Assembly: GCA_000934665.2 (NCBI GenBank)
Contig: JYFJ02001715.1
Coordinates: 52,531 to 72,530 of the forward strand
Direction of reading: 5' to 3'
From: Catajapyx aquilonaris
Lineage: Eukaryota
DNA: 20,000 nt
Shown here: positions 9,587 through 18,837 of the stretch, piece by piece
How positions within the stretch are numbered: the first letter of the stretch is position 1
How the letters are laid out: every line of letters begins with the position of its first letter
The notes under the pieces: model-generated
What the model saw: the letters and a program-made list of their open reading frames with translations, nothing else
Database searches by the model: none
What the model was told of the DNA's origin: nothing
Translations under genes and position numbers: made by a program

Positions 9587-12500
9587 CTGTAACGAGAGAG
9601 CATGTTATTTAACATAATTAATTAATATAAATTATTAAATCAGAAAGCAACTCATCACCAAATTTGCTTATCGTTAATCGCCAGACTCATTGCTGAAAAC
9701 CGCAAGGAAAAAGAGTGAGACTCGTCATGAAAAACCGGACGGCAGAAAAATTATGCGGCCGAATTACAATGTGATACAATGTACATGCGACAGCCAGATG
9801 TTATGTGGGGCATGTGAAAGAAGGTATTAATTTTGCCGAGTACTCTCGCGTGATGCCAGGAACCTCGGGTTGGCATATGGCAGCTCCTACCCCGCCCCCA
9901 TGACATGCAGGTAATTGCAAAGAAAATTAGCATAACTCGAAGTGCCCTTCGGAAAAAAAAAATCTGTCTGCAAAATTTGTCTAAAACCCAGTCGTTCCTT
10001 TCCTTTAAAAAGTTCGTCTGGTTTCACATGCCTTAGGCTGAAAGTGAATCACTGGTAATGTCAACACCCTTTGCACGTAACAATACTTGGCGTTTCCACA
10101 GGGGGAAAAAAAAAACGACGTCGTTTAATCACAGTAATTTGCATGTTAATGCAAGAGTTACAGGGACCATTTTCGTTCGGCAGAAAATTGAGCAAACTTT
10201 TGGCAGCATATTTTTAAAGGGACGTGCGACTTACACGGAAAACTTTCAGTGCGAGGTACGACTGCGTGTACGGTCTCGCATACATAATTCTGGTAATTAA
10301 CAATCAGCAAAGTCTGACAAAGCAACTGCGTCCTCAAGACAGTGGCTGACAGATAGAGGTCAGTCGAACTGCAACAACTCCACAGCCACCCTACCGATAA
10401 GTGCAACAAAAACCGCACCAGACTATCACGCCCCTACATGGAATTTGCACGCTTACATTATGCTAATTGCTCCGTCTTGGTACTGGTCTAAAGACTGGTT
10501 TTTGACGCACGGTATGCGAATACGTGTAATTTGCTTCAAGGAGACACGCCTGGCGCGTCTAGGCGTAACATTGTAACTCAAGTGATTTAGAAGATTTAAT
10601 CGCCAAACATGGTTACTCGAGCATCAACTTTTGTAGTGAAGCAAATGTCGCCACGATGTAACTCGTAAAGATGGTGCCAGGAAGTCTGGACACTCTGTAA
10701 AATCACACTGCGGCCCGACAGACCGGCGGCGGCTTTTGATCGTGCCGCGAATCATTTTACCTGCACATACCGATATCGGCGCCAGGAAATTTAACAAAAT
10801 TGACAAATAAACGTGGGTCCGATCTCTTACGGACTGTTAGTATTCCCAAAGGGACGTCCGAAATGCTCCCAGTCTGGCGCCACTTCATCGCATGATGAAG
10901 TGGCGCCAGACCGAGAACATTTCGGCTCCCCCCAAAATAAATTCAATTACAAGTACGATGCAACCTGAATACTGATGATTCTTTTTCTCTTAGACGAGTC
11001 CCGCAGGAATGATGATTCCTTCCCCCTAACGTCATCAATTTTTCAACTTACTCGTTGAGTGTTGCCACCAATTACGAGCCAAATATATGAACCATTTGAT
11101 TGCCCGATATTACATGAGTTTACGAACCAGCTTGTCATATGTATTTTTTTCCGCATACTCACCGGCTCTTGTATCCCGACTTGAGATCCTCCGAGAGCCT
11201 CGCCTTCCTTCCAGCCCATCTTGCTCAGCATCTTGAAGCCCTTGTTGTCAGCCCTGATTGGACTATTAAAAGTTGGAAAAAAAAAAAAAATAGCGGGGAG
11301 CAGAAGAAGAGAAGAAAACGGGTGGGTGGCGGGAAGGAAAGGAAAAAGAGAAAGAAAAGAGAGAGAGAGAAAGCCATGTTAGATCAACCAAAATCCTGCT
11401 TGTCCACTGATAATCGTGAAAAAACCTTACCCAAAAACGTGACCTTTTTACATATTTTTTGTCTGTGATCAAACACATTGATCGACTCATTTTATTGGAA
11501 GATCTTTGTGCCACGCTTCTGTGGATGAAATAAATTATAAATTAAAATATTCCATTGGTACAACCCGGGAGCGAGAGACAACTCGGGAGAAACCTCTGAA
11601 GGGTTTAAAGCAGGGGAAGGCGTGAACTGCATTTTAATAATTAGCGACAAAAATTAAGTCAATTATTTAACGCTTTTTTAAACTCCTACCTTGTATCCGA
11701 CTTACCTGGACGTCCGATCATCATTTTAAATAATTGACTGCATCAAACGCCTCGCTGCAATTTTTATCGCAATTAAAAATGGCTGCAGTTACGGTATGAA
11801 AATGTACAAACGGCAGTCTCGTTAAGGCTCGAATTTATCTGATGGACGCTCCAATTTGCAATGTCGTCAGTACGTAACATTGCGACTGCCGCTTGTACAG
11901 AAGAGGTGAGACGGAGCGGAAAAATGGGATGAGGTTTCTGAGTTTCTCCGAGGGGAGGTTGACCTCTCACCTGTCTCCGACCAACAACACCTTTCGGACC
12001 AGATGTACGCACGCACGTGGAGGAAGGAAAGAGCAGCGAGGGGTTCAGGGAAGGATCACACAATTACCCTACATTAAACGCCACGAGTGCGGTCCCCCAG
12101 CCCACAGGAAAAGTAACGAGAAATTTCCACCCTGAAGATATCCAGTTGCCGTAGAGTGTGTGGGAAGGTTAAGGTGAGGATAAAGCAGATAAAAAAAAAG
12201 AAAGGAAAAAAAATGGGACATTACACATGAACGTTTGTTGACGTAATTTCTCGGTGTGACTTACTCTTCCACGGAGGTTGTCTCCGTTTGCGAGGCCAGG
12301 AATGGATCTTCGGAGCCGACAGTCTTGCGCCTCTTGGTCGCTCTGTCCGAGTAATCCGGGTTGTCCGTAGTTTCCAGATTCGGCTCCGTGGACTCCAGGG
12401 CGTACTTCTTGCGGATACGCTTCAGTACATTACGATGCGACGCCTGATCCGGCGCTTCGCCATGCTCTGTGGTCTCGACTGGATTAGTTGTCTGGATAAG

Positions 12501-14900
12501 ACCCGGCTCGCAATGACCGCAAGTGTGGATCCCCTTGTGGATATGGCAGACCATAGTGGTACGACCCACCTGTAATTCGTATGCATTAATGTACGCAATG
12601 TCAGCAATCGCATTTACGTACCCTTAAGGTCGAGGCGTGGACTATCTCCTCCGGGACGCTGACCTTCTTCTTTTCAGATAAGCGGTGGTTGTTCAGAAAC
12701 GTGCCGTTGCAACTTCCGAGGTCTGTCAGGAGGTACTTTCCATTGCTGTATGATATCTTCGCATGCGCCTGTAATACAACAGCACAATTATGACGATGCA
12801 TCGTTTAAAAGTGCCAAAACACTTGCCTTGCTCAAGAACTCGTCTGGGAGATACACAGCCGAGTCTTCCGCCCTCCCGAGAACTCCGCCAGAGCAGGTCA
12901 CCAGAAAGAGCGACCCGACCTTCAACGAAGGCAGCCTAGTGTCCTTCACGATTATGCGGACGCATGGAGCCCAATTGCGCGGATCAGTCTCGTCTATCAT
13001 CGCCTGTAATAAATTGTGTCACCACATACAAGTTGTACATCACTCTAAAATTTACTCGCAGATTTCTTGTCCTAAATATGGAATATTAATTAACCCGTAC
13101 ACATCCACATAATGCATTGTGATGGATACGTAACAATAATTATTCAGGTAAAAGTGGCCTGCGAGTAAATAATGAACCGCATAACGGCTCACCTCCTTCT
13201 CCTTCTGCTTCCGCCTCTTCCTCCGCTCCTTCTTGGCCCTCTTCTTCTCTCGTCTGTCGCGTCCGCCTTCCCCTTCCTCCTCCTTTTCTTCCCCCTCCTC
13301 CTTTTCTTCCTCTTCCTCATCCTCGTCATCACCGCTAACCACCTCGCCGTCTGACAACTCCCCATTTTCCTCCTTTACGTCTGGTTTCTCCTCGTCCTTG
13401 TCAGCTGGCGGCAGCGGAGCTAGCTTCTTATCATCGCTAGGTGGAGGCTCTTTGGGCGGAGGCGGCTTCTCATCTTCACCAGGCGGTGCTTCAGATTTCA
13501 CACTTTCTGGTATTGGCGGCTGCGCATTTGTAACAGGAGGCGGGTGTGCAATCGAGGGCATACCGGGCACCTGGGAGTAAACTTTGTACGCATTGGATTC
13601 TGCATCGAAGTAGTAGTACGTCCCCGAGTAGCTGTCGTAGTACAGGCCATGTTCCTGTAAATATCGAGAGTAAGTAACACGCCGGTTTGTTTCCGCCGCA
13701 ACTACTTACTGCATCGTAGTAATAACCGGTGCTGTAATCATAGTACATTCCAGAGGTATCGTCGTAGACAAACCCAGATTGCCAGCAGGCTTGTTCCGCC
13801 GTGTCCTTCACCTGCTCGGCTATGCTCTTCCCTGTGTCGGCACTGTCCCATTCGGTCGGAGCGGCTGGTACAGCCGGTACAGCCGGTACTGGCATCGCAT
13901 AAGCCGCTGCGTAATGCTGGTACCAAGCAGCCGAAGCATCGTCGTTAACTCTGCTCTCGTCAGTCTGAGTCATCTTATGCAGCTTCCGAGTCTTCTTATC
14001 ATCCGCTGCCTTCTTCTCGCACATATCTTTCACCTGGCATTTGTCAACAGGTCGGCAGGAGCAACAAAAAAAAGGAAGACACGTTAAGACCCGTAGCCAT
14101 CGGACAACAATCAGCTACTTTTACCTTCCCAGGGTTTTGTTCTCTCGCGCTCGACAATGCGGGCAGTTTAAACAGTAAAGAGTAGTGTTGGGGGGTAGCG
14201 ATTATTGTGACGCACCCACATTATAAAATTGGCTGATTGTTGAGAGAAAAGGGAGAAAAAAAATAATAAGCATCAAAGGGGGGTGCAACTAGCTGTAAAT
14301 TAAAATTTGAGGTGAGGATGGGACGGAAAGAATGTGCATCGAAAAGACGAGTCAAAATGTGTGCGATACAATTTGAATCGTCTCAAGTTGCAATTGCACG
14401 AGTGCAACCCAAGCAGAAGACGAGTGCTGCGTAATGGTAACAGCAGTGGTTCGAAACTGCTGCGACTCTCTACATGAAAGGGGGTATAAGGGATCAAGGA
14501 TGGGGTCGACTTTAATTCAACCTCTGACCTGCTTGATGAGATCCTCGATGTACTTCTCCTTTGACTCCACCTTGGCGTCCGCCTTCGCCAAGCGGTCTCG
14601 CAGATCGGCCATCTCCTCCTCCATCTCCTGAACCCGTTTGGAAGCCACGTCCTCTTCAACCACCTTCGCCTCAGTCTCGCCATCCTCATCGCATCTATAA
14701 AGTTCCGTGTCCCCCTCCTGCTTCCTGGATTTCAGCCCCACGTCCTCCTCACCTGTACCGTTGCTCGCCGGTACCGTCTTCTCCTCCCCAGACTCTTCTT
14801 CGGACGACGACGATGACGACGACGAGCTGGACGTACTGGACGACGAGCTGGACGAGTACGACTCCTCCTGTGCCGCCATCTCGCTGTTCTCCATTCTCAT
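9470..14900 (-). CDS. AGGF1: Angiogenic factor with G-patch and FHA domains 1 orthologue, full gene model; complement(join(9470..9586,11163..11262,12265..12569,12622..12768,12827..13003,13193..13654,13710..14033,14529..14900)), ~667 aa
   Basis: Eight exons join in frame with consistent phases and GT-AG boundaries (one GC-AG). The domain order is N-terminal coiled coil, OCRE aromatic octamer repeats (GFVYDDTSGMYYDYSTGYYYDAEHGLYYDSYSGTYYYFD), FHA (LGR...LSKAHAKI...DLGSCNGT) and G-patch (NKGFKMLSKMGWKEGEALG...LGLG). This order is diagnostic of AGGF1. Confidence 0.95.
10858..10925. repeat. Inverted repeat/hairpin in the last AGGF1 intron
   Basis: Perfect 18-bp stem GTCTGGCGCCACTTCATC / GATGAAGTGGCGCCAGAC with a 4-nt loop, extending imperfectly to about 32 bp. 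Confidence 0.85.
11163..11262 (-). CDS. AGGF1: AGGF1 coding exon 7 (G-patch)
   Basis: Acceptor TTTAATAG|T completes the split codon GA|T. Encodes DPIRADNKGFKMLSKMGWKEGEALGGSQVGIQEP. Donor CCG|GTGAGT. Confidence 0.94.
12265..12569 (-). CDS. AGGF1: AGGF1 coding exon 6 (end of FHA, HxH-x5-CxxC motif, pre-G-patch region)
   Basis: Follows a 52-nt intron. Acceptor ATTACAG|GTG, donor GA|GTAAGT (phase 2). Encodes CHIHKGIHTCGHCEPG, LKRIRKKYAL and YSDRATKRRKTVGSE. Confidence 0.93.
12622..12768 (-). CDS. AGGF1: AGGF1 coding exon 5 (FHA core)
   Basis: Acceptor TATTACAG|GCG, donor AGG|GTACGT. Encodes AHAKISYSNGKYLLTDLGSCNGTFLN. Confidence 0.93.
12827..13003 (-). CDS. AGGF1: AGGF1 coding exon 4 (N-terminal part of FHA)
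   Basis: Acceptor ATTACAG|GCG. Encodes WAPCVRIIV...GSLFLVTCSGGVLGR...EFLSK. Ends at the non-canonical donor AAG|GCAAGT. Confidence 0.9.
13193..13654 (-). CDS. AGGF1: AGGF1 coding exon 3 (end of OCRE, then Pro-rich, acidic and basic linker)
   Basis: Follows a 55-nt intron. Acceptor TTACAG|GAA, donor GAG|GTGAGC, 462 nt. Encodes EHGLYYDSYSGTYYYFDAESNAYKVY. Confidence 0.92.
13710..14033 (-). CDS. AGGF1: AGGF1 coding exon 2 (start of OCRE domain)
   Basis: Acceptor GCCAG|GTG, donor GCA|GTAAGT, 324 nt. Encodes SIAEQVKDTAEQACWQSGFVYDDTSGMYYDYSTGYYYDA. Confidence 0.92.
14529..14900 (-). CDS. AGGF1: AGGF1 coding exon 1 (poly-Ser/acidic N-terminus and coiled coil)
   Basis: ATG at 14900 is preceded by an in-frame TAG. 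An acceptor TTGTTGCAG| at 14931 implies an upstream non-coding exon. Donor CAG|GTCAGA at 14528, phase 0. Heptad-like segment VQEMEEEMADLRDRLAKADAKVESKEKYIEDLIKQ. Confidence 0.85.
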
Positions 14901-14989
14901 TAGGATCGCCCGGACGCTAATCCACTAAACCTGCAACAATCAACATCAAAATCATCAGTCAACACATGATACGTGCACCGCAAAGTCCG

Positions 14990-15630
14990 CTCGTCCATGG
15001 CAACCGCTTGCACAGCAACTGCCAGCGACTCGGAGGACGCACTGTACGCCACGCAAGCGCGGTGACGCCCACTCCTGAGTGGCGCTATGTTCTATGTACT
15101 CCCCGAGCCAGTTAACATGGCAACGGCTGTGCATCGGAGGACGTGCTGTACGTTACGCACGTCCGTGGCAACCGTTTACATGGCAGTCGGGCCATGCATC
15201 GGAGGTCACGCCGTATGCTGCGCAAGTGTGTGGTTTTTCGGTTGCCATGTGACCAGTTGCAATAGTAACTGGTTGCCATGGCAACGCCTGTGTGTGTCCA
15301 TGGCGACTGGTTACTGGGGCAACAGCTGCGTGTCCATGGCGACTGGTTACCACGGCAACAGCTGTGTGTCCATCGTAACCAGTTGCCATGGACACACAGC
15401 TGTTGCCATGGCAACCAGTTACTATTGCAACTGGTCACATGGAAACCGAAAAACTTGAGCAGTTCGTCCGAGGTCGTACTGCACGTTTAAGCGGTTACCA
15501 TGGGCAACGGTATTTTTTGTCCATGGCAACAGGTTAACATTGCAACTGGTTATACGACAATGGGTCGCCGTGAAAACTGGGCAGTGCGTCGGTTTGGCAT
15601 ACCGCTCGTTACGCAAGTGAGGTGACCCCG
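14990..15630. mobile_element. Foldback element built from CATGGCAAC (X-box-like) subrepeats; near-perfect palindromic core at 15233-15454
   Basis: 15233-15285 is the reverse complement of 15402-15454 with 1 mismatch. Internal ~36-bp direct repeats and degenerate outer subrepeats in both orientations. Confidence 0.8.
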
Positions 15631-18600
15631 CTACGTGCCGCGCTATCATATGTCCTGGTGTACTCTCGAGTGTAACTGGAACACAATGGGTACATGTCAT
15701 GCGAGTAAATGTTATCTGGTTTTTAGCTATAGAAGCCCTGCCGCGTTCCAAGGTTCTTTTTTTTTCTCTTTTTTTTCTTCAGGCCTGATCATGCGACAGC
15801 AACCCATTTTTTAACCCCCCCCTTATTGTCGTCGTGCGGCATGCCCGTCGTGCTTACCCCTAGTTCGTGTCCTGCAGTTCTTCCTTCCCCTCCCCCGCAA
15901 CGATGGAAAATAATGGAAATTAAAAACGAAAAAATTATTATATATTGTAAAAGGGAGATGATGTCCTCAGGAGCCTAGGAGATGGAACGCCTTCATCAAC
16001 GGATCAAGTGTTGCCAGGTCCGCACGACAACCCATCGATCCAGCCAGGAAAAACCCGTCGCGGTTTATAAAAATATAAATACATTTAACCACTAAATAAA
16101 CAGCCGATAATTAATATCGCATATTTATGTGTTTAAATCTAATGCGATATTAACCGGCTTATCCGGCGGCCATTTTAGTAACCATCTAGGCTACCAGCGG
16201 CTACCAGTATTAGCTATGGATATTAGCTTAGATGAAAATTTAACGGCTTTTTTTACTTCTTGATTACTTTTTTAAATGTGATTCAACGTTTAAATAAGCG
16301 GCCGATTATTATTAGCTTAAATGTAAATACTTTGAGAGCCGCAATGTTGTAACCACTATGAAATAGCAGCTTTCTTCCCAGTATTAGCTAGAAATATTAG
16401 GTTGTTTTCTGACAATTTGACCCCTTTTGACCCGCCATTTCACCCCTTTTCTTTCTTGCTGTGCTGTGTCACGCTTTGACAATCTAGTTCTCTCTGAAAT
16501 TTTCCTATTTTTTTAAGTAACACCCTGTACTTCCTCCGGTACGAGATACAAGTCATCCAGAGCTACAAGACCGTTCAGAGAGCGAGGCTTCAACCCAGGG
16601 AGTTCCTGTGGTCTGAAGGACCTTGTCCTTCCCCCCCAGTATGACCTCAGGTCACGAGTACCTGGTGAAGGTCAAGAGTGACAATATAGGGCCAACTGTT
16701 CGTTACATCGGTGTCAAACAGTGTCAACGTGTGGCCACAACGTATCGCCAGGTAATAATTAGTTAACAGTGATTAATTAGGACTCTTGAAGTGATATAAT
16801 GATTTTGGCAAAATATAAGTATGTTGTAGTCCATACGTGGTATTGTCCGTAAAGGTGTTTATCTGTACGACATGTAATTAGTGCAAAACTACAGGGCGTG
16901 TCAAATCTACCAATTATATTTGCACTAATTTTTTTTTGCTGTGCGTACGGTACTTATTGGGCCGTTAACTCAATGAAGGTCAAGGTCAAAGCTAGCATTT
17001 TATTACTATACGTGTATTTGAAACGTAGGCATGTTGGACATACTCAAGCTGCTTTAAAAATCCAATAATTATTAAATATTCTGCCCAATTTTTTTTACTG
17101 ATATTGATTAATTGGCCCACACTCTTTATTTTCAATGGCGCTTAAAATGAGGTCAATATTTATAAGTGAGATTCACGCAAAATTTAGTTGCCAAAAATTT
17201 AATCAAATTAAATGCCAGATGCGTCCAGTAGTCACAATGGGACCTAAATTTTACGAATACTATTTGGGTTTTAAAAATTCATATCGCATCAGATAAGAAC
17301 TACTTAACTAGGCAGTAATAAACACCGTTGTCAATGGCTGGTTTAAAACTGATGAATTATATGATGCCATCATTATTAATAAGTGCTTTGGTGAACAGAG
17401 AAAGTTTCAGAATTTTTATTGGCGTCTATGGATGACTTGTAAAAAAATTATTCCGTAACTGAATGGTTAATTGAACATAATTATTTCGATCCCAAAAAAA
17501 TAATTTTGCAACTAGCATATTCCAACAATTACTCGTTGTCATTAAGAGGATTGGTGAGTTTTCTGAAAAATGTTTCATCAGAATGAAAAGAAAAATGATT
17601 TTAAAAAAAAAATTAACGTATAACATCCTTCAGATGTCACACTCTAACTTTTGAAATGTAATTATTGCCAGAAATTAATGTTTGCTACATGAAGCCCTTT
17701 AAACTTTTTTGAATCCGACATTATGATGAAATCTGGCTTTTCAGTTTGAATTGAACAATGCATTTAAAAAGTTTTGAATATATTAAACAATGCGTTAAAA
17801 TTTTGAACAGGCTCAGAAATGAATTTACGATATGGTGCCTTTAAACTTGGCTTAATTTCATTACGGCTTAAAGTCACTTTGGGTAATTTTTGCTCACGAG
17901 CCTGATAATTTTTCATAAATTTTTCAAGTGTATTTATTTTTCCCAAGGGTATTTATTTTTCCAAGTGTATTTATCTTCATCATTGTATTTTTGTACACAA
18001 GGGTATATCTACGGTCCCCAAGGCCTATGCCGTCCCTACGGTATTTACGGTCTCTAAGGTCTGACAAACATGATGGGTTGAAAGGAACAATGTAGTGAAA
18101 CCCATTTTGATGTCGTGACTTTTACTTTGGTAGGTGTGTTAATTACATACTAGTGAACAACTTTCAATGTAATTTTTTATACAAATTAATACCCTAATGC
18201 GTTTGATTGCACTATACATGTATTTATTAGTGCCAAAATTTACAGGTAAAATGGGTACATATGCAGTAATACAGTATAATTTGTTGACTCGCTCTCCTGT
18301 TATCCACTGGTTCAGCTATCCGCCGTATGATAATAATCAATGGCGGTAAACATTGTTAACTTAACATGTACATAATTATTGCACAACCAAAAGATGATAA
18401 ATTTTTGATTACCACTAATGAGATTGTGATTTTTAAACTGCAAATAAATGTAATAGACTACATTCTAAGCACAGTTCAAGTGGTGTGTGAACAAAAATTA
18501 AAAGCCACACCAGGAAGTGTCACGGGCATGGGGTTTGGTAATTTCTAGTGTTAGATAATTATAATTATGCAGTTGTGATAGACTGAAAATGTATTGTAAG

Positions 18601-18837
18601 CAAAGAATTATTGTCCGTATACTCATCAGTATACCGTACCCTTGCTCGTCAACAGTGTGTCACAAGGCAGGCCAGGAAAAGTAGGATAGGTTTGCGCAGC
18701 AGAACAATCCCTGCCCGGAAATGACCTCATTATTCAAGTGAATCACTTGTGCAAAACAAAATTAAGGCAAGCTGGCATAGAGACGAAATTTAGAGATTGG
18801 GAGTGGCATTAGATTAGCGTCGCCATTTGGACAACCC

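Noticed and set aside
11699..11710. ACTTACCTGG resembling the U1 snRNA 5' end
   Set aside because: The downstream sequence does not continue as U1. It is the complement of a donor-like site.
11139..14928. Plus-strand and alternative-frame ORFs overlapping AGGF1
   Set aside because: They are shadows of GC-rich or low-complexity coding exons, or of a purine-rich intronic tract.
15087..15751. ORFs with repeated MAT/PWQ peptides on both strands
   Set aside because: These are translation artefacts of the CCATGGCAAC palindromic repeats.
16160..16500. AGGF1 promoter or first non-coding exon (YY1-like CCGCCATTT at 16432-16440)
   Set aside because: The location is plausible, but no convincing donor or core promoter can be fixed from sequence alone.
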